A stretch of DNA of 64,000 nt. It comes from Blastocystis sp. Blastoise. Taxonomy: Eukaryota > Protista > Bigyra: Opalinata. Both the position numbers and the translations under genes were made by a program. Position 1 is the first letter of the stretch. Every line of letters starts with the position of its first letter. The stretch spans positions 124,001-188,000 of the forward strand of contig JBBPEB010000034.1 in assembly GCA_039096225.1 (NCBI GenBank). The letters run 5' to 3'. Under the pieces are notes generated by a model, which did no database searches, was not told where the DNA came from, and saw nothing but the letters and a program-made list of their open reading frames with translations. Of the stretch, positions 13,386 through 33,747 are shown piece by piece.

Positions 13386-14049
13386 TTTTCTCCAAGATTC
13401 ATAATTTGATAGCTTTTACTATTTTTTTAAATTGATTCGCGTATATACAAAGAGATCAGGATGAATACATAAATAAATTTGTCTATAGTAATTGTTTTCA
13501 AACTTTTAATTGTTAATACTGCAGAGAAAAGTGATGATTGTTTTTTGTTTTCTTTTATTTTTAAGAAAAAAAATCAAAACAAGAATAAGAAGAATATAAG
13601 GAGTGTTATAGAATTTTGTGATATATATAGGATATAAAAAATATGAAAAACAAAAGATAAATTAAGATTGTGAAAGAATCATTTTTTTATTATTAATATA
13701 CATAAAAAGAAAATCAGTTGAAAATGAGGCTAATCAAATGTTACATTTTGTGTAGAGTAGATCCATAAATAGATAGCATTTTCAAGAGAGATTAAAGAAA
13801 CATAATAAAAAACAACAAAAAAAAAAGAAAAAAGCAAACAAAAAAGTATAGACTACATAAAAAAAAGAGAAATAATTACAATGATATGAAATGAAATCAA
13901 TAAAGAATAGAAAAAGAATATGAATAGTATTATTTGGAATGAATCATTCGTTAGAATTATAATAAATAAAAACTAAAAATAATACACAACAAAAAGATAC
14001 ATAAAGAATATCAGTAAATGTATAATGATATATATAGATATAGAAATAT

Positions 14050-15125
14050 TTAGTGAATGCCATAATACATACTGTTACTATCATTACTAGTGTCCTAGAG
14101 GAGAAGATAGAATAAGAAATATATAGGATAGTATATAGGGAAATAGAATAAGAAATGAGAAAAATAGTATAGAAGTATAGATATATAGATAGATATATAG
14201 ATATAAAGTATAAGTATATAAATAAGAATAAGAATGATAAGTTTAGAAGATATAAATGATAATAATAAGTATACTATATATATATATATACATATTCATC
14301 ATCTTCATCATCATCCACAGATCCGCTACTTTGAAATGCCATCGACGCGTAACTCTCAATACCTATATATACACAGGAAATAACCACGGAAATATATAAT
14401 TAAGGAAAAGAAATATTATATATATGTATATATATACCGAAATCGAAAATACTTAAATTTTTAGGAGGACTTCCACCTAACTATATATATATATATTTAG
14501 ATATATAATATGTATCTATATTCGATTTATAATGTATATATATATACACTCTTTTCTTCTATAGTAGCATGAGGATCGATATAATTCGAAAGGAATTCAG
14601 TCCATTTCTCTTTTAAAGAGTCTACGATTCCCGCGATTATTCCATGAGGTTCAGTGTCAATAGCTTTCTTTATATACTGTATCATATTAAATATAAACCC
14701 GAACTGATTATATTTTACACTACCATCAGCATTCTTATCATCACGTGCTTGAATACCCATGTCAATCAATTTTCCAATCAGATTATAGCGTTCAAATAGA
14801 TCCCTCACGAGTCCCTCATTTTGAGATTCAATAACAGCCTCGAAATAATTATAAACAATGAGATGGAGTGTGTCATTGTGAGCATAACGGAAAAACATAT
14901 CAAAGACAATATCATTCACGTGATTCTCGATGACGCATGTCATGACGCGCTCTTGTTTGAGGGTCAGGAGAGTTGATAAGAAAGTGATAATACCCGCACG
15001 AAGGATCCCCACACGTTCTACGGATCCCCCACGAGCTAACGGCAACTGGGACGAAAGAGGGAAACTATTTTCATTACTTGGAAGTACCTATATATATATT
15101 GTTATATATATATTTATATAATAGT

Positions 15126-15158
<33 letters not shown>

Positions 15159-17543
15159 TATATATAGATATATTATAGTTATATATAAATAGATATATAC
15201 AGGAGGAAGAGAGAGGTTCATCATAAGTACATTTATATTATCTAAATATACACTTAAAATACTCTGTACCTCGTCATATTCACTATTATTCTTTTGACTA
15301 AGTTGGTCTTTTATATATGTAGAACACAATTTAAGGCACGTGCTTAACTGTTGAGGAGACATGCGAATGCTAATTGTATTTAATTGATCGAAATCAATAC
15401 TATTATCTATATATATGGTATATATGGTATATATATAGGTATATATAGTTATATATACCTTCAGCAATAGTACCAAAACGATCATATATGTCTAATTCCA
15501 TCATATCCTCTATATATATAGATATATATATAACAATAATAACATATTTCTACTAATAATATTATATATATATATATATATATATACCTTGTTTATCTTT
15601 AGATTCAGTAGGAGATAAATGTGTATCAACTTCTAAAATATCCGCGGGAATATTACTGGTCTTTACATCATTAGCATTACTATATATAATATATATATAG
15701 TTATATATATAGTTATATATATATATATATATAGTTATATATACCTATTAGATTGAGCATATAATTGTGAAAGAATCATAATAATCTTTTGAGAAACAGT
15801 TTTATAACCGCGGGGAATAGATTCGTCAGTAATATCTAAATCAATACTTCTATATAATATAATATAATATAATATAATATAATATAATATAATATAATAT
15901 AATATAATATAATATAATATAATATAATATAATATAATATAATATAATATAATATAATATAATATAATATAATATAATATAATATAATATAATATAATAT
16001 AATATAATATAATATAATATAATATAATATAATATAATATAATATAATATTATATTATATTATATTATATTATATTATATTATATTATATTATATTATAT
16101 TATATTATATTATATTATATATATATAAATATATAAATACCTCGTTCTGCATCGAACATCACCATCTATGGGAATGGCATCTATAACGGGCTTCTAAAGA
16201 ATATATATATAAATATACATATATATATATATACAGGTCCTTCTTCTTCTATTTCTTCATCTGTACCTATATATATAATATATATAATATATATAATATA
16301 TATAATATATAACACATATACTAGCAATAAGATTGTTATTGACACAGAGGAATGTGAATGATTCGTACTGGTTAACGGCAGATTTAATGGCTGTGGAGAG
16401 TGTGACGGAGACTGCGTTGTCAGACATATCGAGGAAACGAAGACTGCGAATGGATTCCGAATTATCTTTAAAGGGTAGGTATATAGATTATTAATATATA
16501 TATTATTATTATTCTCCAAAAACATTTTAATTCTTATATACATAATAATAATAATTATTATTATTATTATATATATAAATACTAAAGAAATATAATAATT
16601 TGGTAGCTGCTTCATCGGTAAAGTTATTGGAACGTATATATAAGTTTTCTAATTTATGATATTCGTTAAGAAGATTAATAATAATATCAAATCCATTATC
16701 GCCAATATTATTACTATCTATATATAAGTCTTTTAATCGAATATCCGTAGAATGACAAATAGAAGAACAAATCTCATCAATACCCTCTGAATCTATTCTA
16801 TATATATTATTATTATGTTTATTATATAATATATATAAAGTATTATTTATGAACATATAATATATAAACTATAATTTATGAACATATAATAATAACATAA
16901 TATATATCATCAGTCAAGAAATATCCTTAATAATATATAATAAAATATAATAATAGTTCAAAAATGAAAAATATATATATCTATAATAACTTTTCAAAAT
17001 ATAAAATAAATTACACTATATATTATATACGAGGTACTATTAAGATTAAGAAGTGTAAGACCACTTCCTTGGGATAAAAGTTGAGCTATATGCATAGCAC
17101 CATTTGTACCAATAGAATTCTTACTAGACAGATAAGATAAAAATAGACAAAAAAGATTAAATTCAATATTGATTGTAAATACGCTAAAATCAATGATTTG
17201 ACTGACTTATTATCTTTTAACGTTTGACAAATAAAATTACATCCCTTTTCAGTAATCTATATAAATAGCATATAGCAAATAGAATCAAAACAAAACTTTT
17301 AAAGAAATTCAAACTAGAATATAAAAGAAAATACATTATTTCTCGATAGATCAATGCTTTTCACGTGTGTGGTATTCTTGAAACTATTACAAAATTGACT
17401 AATATCTGTATCGTTCAATTGATATCCATTCAACTGAACTTCTTTGAGTTCAGGATCATCTGACTCCATCTGTTCAAGAATGCTTTTAAAATAATGCTAC
17501 AAGAATTATGTATTTGATATTTTATAATCCTTACCTTATCCAT
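14050..17543 (-). CDS. RNI-like LRR protein fused to the C-terminal half of a SAPS/PPP6R domain (about 16 exons)
   Basis: 5' exons carry LRRs: LKEVQLNGYQLNDTDI, VKSIDLSRN, LKDLYIDSNNIGDNG, LENLYIRSNNFTDEAA, LRFLDMSDN. 3' exons are SAPS-like: VGILRAGIITFLSTLL, FDMFFRYAHNDTLHLIV, FGFIFNMIQYI, WTEFLSNYI, LGGSPP. All linking introns are GT-AG and phase-compatible. Confidence 0.7.
15853..16120. repeat. (AATAT)n followed by its reverse complement (ATATT)n, intronic
   Basis: Direct reading. The orientation switches at about 16050. Confidence 0.9.
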
Positions 17544-19117
17544 TTGTTTCTTTACTTATATTATAAATAATATATATCTCAGAATAACGATTAATTCGAA
17601 TAATCCAAGATGAAATTCCTAATAAAATTCTTATGTAGTTATGTTTTTATAATTCCCGTGAGAATTTCTTTGAAAATACTTGTTGCCGAAAAGAGATCCC
17701 TACAGTTTTTTTCAAAGGATCACCGAAAAAACACGATTTTCAAAAATATAATCCATTCTCCATTTGCTTGCAGAACTTACTTTAAAAGATGTCAAATGTG
17801 TTGTGCTATATATTAACCCTCTCTAGTCAGTGAGTAGTAATAAGGGACTCTCTTATTTATTTAGAATTTAAGTGATTTATGTTTTTGTCGATTAGGTTTG
17901 TTATTTCAAAGATTATTTTAATAATTTTTCATATTTCTATGATTCTGTCTCTATAATGAGAATCGTATTTATAATAAATTCTTAGTCTTCTCTTGAAATG
18001 AGCACGTTTCATTGTTTTTTTCATAGGAATGTCTTCAATGTGTAGAATATCAAATTATCAGTCCCTTTATTATAATCCTATTATATATATATTACATATT
18101 TGTATAGTATATTGATCATGTTTCTATTATATATTCTTTTCTATTATTTCTGGCAAACAATAATCATAATCATACATATACATATTCATCATTAAGAATA
18201 ATTATTATTTATAATAGCAACATATATTTTATTCAATATATTATATATATTATATAAATACTCTATATATAATCATTCTACTTTAGTATATATACCCATA
18301 TTTTTTATTTTGATATATATATCACTTTATTCATATAAACACCTTGTATATACGTATTTCATTTTTTTTTCAATAAACACTGCATTATCATATATAAAGT
18401 ATATTAAGACATTGATAGATATACACTCTCTACCAAACATAGTATTAAAATGTACTCTCAATATATATACTCTAGTGAGCCACTATACTACTATTCTATA
18501 TAACTAATACCAAGTATCACTCAACACATTTTATTCAATTATATTATCTATAAAAACTATATATATAACTCTTAATACCTCTAATGATTACAACTATAAT
18601 TATACTTATTTTGCTTATTGTATATCTCAAATTTTTTTGAGCATAATATAATTTAATGAATTCATTTATAATAATCCAAACACAATAGTATGTCAAATAT
18701 ATTCAAAGTAATCCAATTATCATGTTTATAAAACCTCTTCTTTTATATAATACAAATGTTACACACAATATAAACCTTTGGTTATGTCAATATACATTAA
18801 ATAAAAATAAGAGTAATCTCCTTGTCATTAAAAAAATTAATAATCATTTATGAAAATTTATAATTATAATTGAGTAAAATAAAAAAATGTAAAAATAAAT
18901 GAATATACTATGATAAATGAAAAAGACTGAGTAATGCCATATAATAATGCTCAAAAAAAGGAAAATAAAAAAAAGTTGTATCATAATGGTAGCCCTAGCA
19001 CTCCAACTGAATAAATGTGAACACAACAATAGATAGAAGAAATTATATTATGCAACAAGTGCAAAATCATCCCATATTGATTGTATTTGTCTTCTTAAAG
19101 AACCAATATAATATCGC

Positions 19118-19282
19118 TTAATGATATTTAATGAAACCAATCTTAGGGGCGTTTTCACGGAAACAACGTCTGCAAAGATAGAGATCATATTTTCTAATAA
19201 GACCACGTCTGTTACCACAACAACGGCAAGTACGAGCACCACGGCTGCAAGTCTTAGGGTGAGAGTGCATAAGAGAAGGCAT
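19118..19282 (-). CDS. RPS29: 40S ribosomal protein S29 (uS14); probable 5'-UTR intron just upstream
   Basis: [54 protein letters not shown]. It is missing from the ORF track because it is under 60 aa. Confidence 0.95.
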   Translation of the reverse strand: MPSLMHSHPKTCSRGARTCRCCGNRRGLIRKYDLYLCRRCFRENAPKIGFIKYH

Positions 19283-19715
19283 TTTCTAGAAGAGGATAAA
19301 AGATGATAAATAAAATGGACATACACTTTCGATATGTAAAGCGAAGGGATGGATTAATTTCTACAATGTCTATAAAAGCAAAGTCCAAAATTTTACCTTA
19401 CAAATAGAAAACGTACAGTTGTCATCCAAATTCAATTGTTGTATGATAATCATATTTTTCTATAGGATCACTACCTTCATGTTCGTAGGAACCACAAATT
19501 TGCTCTATTAATTTTTCATAATTATCACAAAAAAATAAGCGACAACGAACATAAAAAATTCTATTCTCAAAAAAAGGAAATATTTCTGGGAATCTGGAGT
19601 CAAAGAGAAGTAATTCGATAGGAGATACAGAATGATCTAGAACTCAATTCGAGAAACTATGGAACTTTTTTTTGGAAATGAATTAACATTATATTAATTT
19701 TTTTCTATATAATAA

Positions 19716-21780
<2,065 letters not shown>

Positions 21781-22201
21781 TAAAAAAATAAATAAATTTA
21801 AAAGTATAATTTAATATATATACTTTTTATTGAATTACGATTCGTATATTCTCTATCTTTTTCTACTTTTTATATTTTATTTTTAGCTTCTATTTCTTTT
21901 TTTATATAAAGAAATAACATCTATTTTATTATTTTGCTCTTATATTTTAATAACTATCATTTATTGCATTCATATATTTATTTATATATCTTTATTTTCT
22001 ACTGTTTGGGGAGTGTGTTTTTCTTTATATAAAATTAGTTTGTCATTTGTAGCTATACCATATCTATTCATATAAATAATTTATTTTTCTGTGTAAACTT
22101 TTCCCTCTATTTAGTTTTTGTTTTGTTTTTATAATATTTATATATATATTTTTTTTTAAACAAACACAATCCTAATTAAAAACATCTTGAAAAATAGACA
22201 A

Positions 22202-22453
22202 TTAGACACAACAACAAGACATCCATCGACAATGTAACGTAGAATTTGCTTTTATATTCAACTCCTTCATTGTCTTAAATATATCTTCAACAAATTCTCC
22301 ATTAATAAACCAACCTAACTGATCTGATGGAATACCAATTAAGAATTTCTTTTCTTTCAACATTGGAATAATTTCACAAAGCTGTGTAGACTCATCTACA
22401 GATAATTCTACCTTATCACCAAGAAATGTTTCAACTATGATTGGTAATGACAT
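22202..22453 (-). CDS. Small ubiquitin-fold protein with a C-terminal Cys-rich CaaX end (MUB/UBL3-like)
   Basis: 83 aa with a beta-grasp pattern (IIVETFLGDKVELSV, GIPSDQL, KTMKELNIKANSTLH). It ends WMSCCCV with no di-Gly. Confidence 0.75.
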   Translation of the reverse strand: MSLPIIVETFLGDKVELSVDESTQLCEIIPMLKEKKFLIGIPSDQLGWFINGEFVEDIFKTMKELNIKANSTLHCRWMSCCCV

Positions 22454-23266
22454 TTTAATCTAAAGATAATTATTGCCAAAAATGATCATAAACGAGATAA
22501 TATATATAACTATACTTTTTATAATAATATTAATAAACTTTTAGAATTAAAAATAAGAAAATGAAATCCAAAACAAAATTTCTATTTATTAAACACTTTT
22601 TTTCTCAATATTTTTATTTTTTATATATGTACCCTTTTGCTGAATAGATTTAACGCCTTATTCACAAATTTACATCTACACGATCAATGTAATAATATAA
22701 TAAATTATATAGCATATATTTCTTGATTGAATTTTCTTTTTTTTAAAATTAATATTAGTTTTTTTTTAAACATACGGTATTGACAAAAACAATTAATGTA
22801 TTAAAATATAATATATCTATTTCTATATTATATTACCAATTATTTTGAGCATCTTTTTTTTCAAGTTTCCTTGTTTAATACAGTTTTTAAAATTTTCTAT
22901 TATTATTTGTAGAAATAGAAAATCAATTCAAATCAGTGATTTGAAATCATATTAGAGGTGATTCAATAATAAATTTTATGTATTGATTTGTTTTATGGAT
23001 ACAGAACAAATAAAATACATTTAAATGATGATTCAAGCTTATAAACCTAATGGTAATCTTTATATCGGCTAAAAATAGAAATATATACAACAAAGAAATG
23101 TTTGTGTTTTTTGGAATGAACTCCATTATCCATAACGACTCTTTTCGATTCTTGGGAAGACTTTTTGTTTTGAGAAATATTCGTGGTTTTATGGTTTTTC
23201 GATCAATTAATTTCTTGATTTTCTATATAAAACAATCATTATATTTATATTCATTGTTTAAGTGAA

Positions 23267-24169
23267 ATGTCTGAAGAAGTATACTTCTTTAATATAAAAT
23301 TATTATACGAAATTATTCTAGATGAATCCTTTAGCAGCTCTTAACTTCAAGATTGTTGGACGTTGGAATAGAGCTAGAGCTTCAATTATGACTTTACCTC
23401 ATGGACCAGTATTTACTCCAGTTTTTATGCCAGTAGGAACCAAAGGTACAATCAAAGGAGTAACTACAGAACAAATGAAAAATGAACCTATTGATTGTCA
23501 ACTTTTCCTTGGCAATACATATCATTTAAGTGCTCACCCTGGATCTGATGAAGTTGCTTCTTTTGGTGGATTACATAAATATATGGATTGGGATCGTAAT
23601 TTATTAACAGACAGTGGTGGTTTCCAAATGGTCAGTTTATTAGATTTAGCTAATATTACTGGTATATATATATATGAGTTATCATTCACATTTTTTATAA
23701 AAATTATTTTTTGTTTAATGAATAGATTGTTTCGTAGAATTATGTGTGCTTTTATTTTATATAATTATTTGCTTTGTATTTATTAATTTTTATTTATCAT
23801 ATTTATATATTTTATAAGTTTTTATAAATTCTCTTGTAATATAATTTTATTTTATATGATTCTCTCTCTTTGTGATATATATATATTTATATATATATAT
23901 ATATAGAGGAAGGTGTAGAATTTCGTGACCCTGTGGACGGTCATCAATTGCTCCTCACACCTGAAGAAAGCATAAGATGCCAAGTATATATATATATATA
24001 TATATGTAATTCTGAATATTATATATATATATGTAATTCTGAATATAATACATATATATTTATATGTAATTCTGAATATAATATATATATATATATATAG
24101 ATGAATATAGGTGCTGATATTATGATGGCTCTTGATGATGTTGTTCACTCCTGTAGAGCAGATTATGAT

Positions 24170-24252
<83 letters not shown>

Positions 24253-24811
24253 TATAAAGAGGCTACATTTCGAACTGTCCGATGGCTCGATCGATGTTTA
24301 GATACTCATAAGAAAGGTCAACATAACCGCGGGAAATACTGCAATTCATATAATCTCCATCAGAACTCACTTGCTGACCAAGAAACTAATCAATCTGAAG
24401 ATCCAAATATTCACGGGGAATTATCAAAATTGAAGGAAGGTGAAGTAGTTCCCCAGAATTTATTTCCCATTGTTCAGGGATGGTTAGATACCGAAAAAGG
24501 AGGTCTTCGTGATATATGTATTCAAGAGTTTTTAAAGCGTGATGATCAGATTCCCGGGTACGCCATTGGCGGGCTCGCAGGGGGTGAAGATAAAGAGAGT
24601 TTCTGTAGAGTCGTATATATATAATATATATTATATTGCTATAATTATATATATATAACAATATATATAACTATATAACTATATAACTAGGTTGAGTTTT
24701 GTACTGCCCGCCTTCCTGAAGGTAAACCGCGCTACGTCATGGGGGTAGGCTATCCTCTCGATATCCTCGTCTGCAGCGCCTTAGGGGCCGATATGTATGT
24801 GATTACCGCGG

Positions 24812-24851
<40 letters not shown>

Positions 24852-25469
24852 TTTTATTACTTCATAATTCTATATATATATATAGGTACGATTGTGTTTA
24901 TCCTACTAGAACAGGTCGTTTCGGTAATGCCTTCATTCCCGCGGGAATGATGCGTCTGAAGTTGAATATATATAAAGATGACGAGCGTCCTATCGATGAG
25001 AATTGCCAATGTGATACATGCAAGCATTATTCACGAAGTATGTTGAATCACTTGTTGAAGGACGAGGCGTTAGGATCGATCCTCGTGACGCGTCATAATT
25101 TGTACTATATGATACACTTTACAAGAACTATGAGAGTATATATATATATATATATAATGTTTTAATTATTCTCCATATTTCTTCTTTTAGTCTAACCATA
25201 TATAAATATATAATATAAATATATAATATATAATAATATATATAATAATATATATAATATAAATATATAATATATAATAATATATATAATATAAATAGAT
25301 AATATATAATAATATATATAATCTATATATATAGCAAAGTATTATTGACGGAACATTCGATTCTTTCTGTCAGCAATTCATGATCAATTATTTCCCGGAT
25401 TATAACTATCCAGAATGGGCTGAAAAGTACCTGAAAATTGCTGGAATTGAATTAATTCATAAACATTAA
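23267..25469 (+). CDS. QTRT1: Queuine tRNA-ribosyltransferase catalytic subunit (eukaryotic TGT; multi-exon)
   Basis: [68 protein letters not shown] and the Zn site CQCDTC...HNL. Confidence 0.95.
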
Positions 25470-25832
25470 TTTTCTTTATTTGTCTGTATATATTTATATA
25501 ACGTTTTTGACTGTTTTCTCAGAAATTTCTTTTTGGTTTCTTTTCTGTGTTGTTTTATGGAAAAATTATAAACATAAGTAATCTATTCATATAGTAAATA
25601 CAACTAGTTAATGAATTTTGTCTGTTTATATTCATTTATTATCAATATTTGAACATATAATAATATATATTAATATGAATAGAATACTGTTTTTCTCTTT
25701 ATTTTAACAATAATATATACAGTCTTGATTAGTTGCTATTGATATATGAATTATATAAGCAAACATATTAATAGTTTTATTCATAGTATAATAGATATAT
25801 AGTCTATTCATAAAGTTATATATAAGAATAGT

Positions 25833-29636
<3,804 letters not shown>

Positions 29637-30168
29637 GAATCAAGAAAGAATAAGTGCTTTTTGATGGTAAATAGTAAAAAATGTTATAAAAAACAGAAGA
29701 AATACAAATTAAAAACGATAAACATTTGGGAATTTTGCTTATTCTAAAATAAGAGTCATGATGTCGTGATCCTTTATATCGTTTATAGTTCAATTGAATA
29801 TGAATATGATAAAATGAATATTCATTCGAGTAATTATCAGTGATTTGTGTTAATTATTGAGTAAAATACAAAAGAATAGTATATATAATTAGATTATGCA
29901 ATATATAAGAGACAGTAAAAAAGATTCAATCAGAAATCAGAAATAAAAAGAATCAATAATGCAAATATATATTTATAGATATAATAAAAGAGAAAGAAGG
30001 AATAATTAGATAAAAAGATTAAATCAACAAAAAAAAACATAAACATATAATTGAAAATGTAATTTATTTACATATATAACTATATAATAAAGACATAATA
30101 TAGACTAGAAACTGATAATATACAAATAAATAATTTTATAATTAATAGTATATATATATGTATATAGA

Positions 30169-32090
<1,922 letters not shown>

Positions 32091-33747
32091 GATGTATTTC
32101 TCGTTTTATCTACTCAAACAAAGGATTAATAAACAAAAACAAATTATCTACTTTATGAAACAGAGGATACTTTTCAACAAATGTAAAAATTCAGTTTATA
32201 AACTAAAATAACCATGGAAATTCGTATCAAAATAAAGTCAGCCGGAAACAACCATCGACGTTTTCAGATGGAAAAAAAAAAAACACTTTTTAAAATAAGA
32301 ATATTCTTCTTGTTCTTTCATTTATACGGCGTGTTTGTTTGTTAAATACAAAAACAGACTCTTTATCTTATAAAATCCTATTTGAATAAATTCGGCAGGA
32401 ACAAGCATTCATTAAAACTGAATATTGTTGTGTAGATCACTCATTAAGGTACTTATTTTTCTGATATTATGGTTTGCCGTATCACTCTGTGCCCTTTGAA
32501 CAAGAACAAGAGATGAGAATGATATCAAGAAGCTATTATTGCCATGCAATTAGGACTACTTTTAATTCATGTCTCTTTGGCATTTGATTTATAAATTATC
32601 TAAGAATGCAGATATAATCTAAAGAAGATATATAATACCAGACAGGAATATATGAGTCTTTAAATACCAACATTCTAAGTAATTCGTCCTTGCAAGGTGT
32701 ATCTACAAAAGAAAATTATTTCTCTAAAAGACAAGAAGATGTATAAGATAATAAGATATATTTCATTTCATGAAAATTATTATTTTCGTACTATTGAAAA
32801 CTAGTAATGTCACATTCATAGTATATCTTTTTATACTAGTTGTAAAGTTGTGAGTATTATTAAGTTTTTCTTATTTAGTTTTTTTATAAAGATAATATAA
32901 CATAAATAGCTGTTTAGCAACTATTATGACACTTTTTATGATTTTTCTTTTTGTGGTTCTTAAAACTATAATAAATATAAACATATTATCTATAAATATT
33001 GAATTCATGTATGCATACTGAACAATAAAAACTTAACCACAAGATATGAACAAAGAAATGTTTTGTTTTAAGAAGTTTATTCCATTATGTTGTGTTCAAG
33101 GATAGTTATTATTTAAATTATTTAAAAGAACTTATTCACATAGGATTATTATATCAGTCGTCTATTCAGTTTTATTTCAAAAGAGTCGTCCAGGAAATAT
33201 AGTAATAAAAACTAGTTTTCAATTTTTTCTTTGCTATTAAGAAAAAACAGAGTCATTTTATGACATCAAATAGAGCATTGAATGACTCTAGATTAATGCA
33301 AATAACCCTAAATGTGAAGAACAGTTGACTTCTCAATACAACTTGAGAGTATGCATATCAGGAAGGTACTGGATTGCTTGTATTAGATCAGTTTATAAAA
33401 CAATAAAGCCATAAGTTACATGAATATATATATATATATATAAAACTCATATAAAAAAAGAGAAGAAAAAAACTAGAAAACGAAATAGTTTGAAAATAAC
33501 TCGAACTGACTCACTGACTTCCGTGAATATACTGAAATCTTTTAGAAGAATGAATCACTTGTTTTTATTTTATTTTATAAGTGATACATTGATTGATTAC
33601 TTATATAGAACTTAATAGATATTGATCCAAGTATGTGCTATACATATGATATACTTTCTTTTATTCTTTGCTGCCTCACAAATTGTTACAGTTTTTTTAA
33701 ATGTCCTCATAATCTATAATTTACATATATATAGAATAAAAAATAAA

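Noticed and set aside
19455-19500. TATAGGATCA resembling U3 snoRNA box A
   Set aside because: The following bases do not match TTTCTATAG and no B/C/D boxes were found. It lies in the RPS29/Hsp70 divergent promoter.
32100-33700. Possible hidden gene in this gap (also 17600-18900 and 40800-41800)
   Set aside because: I could not build a consistent exon chain or recognise any protein or RNA motif.
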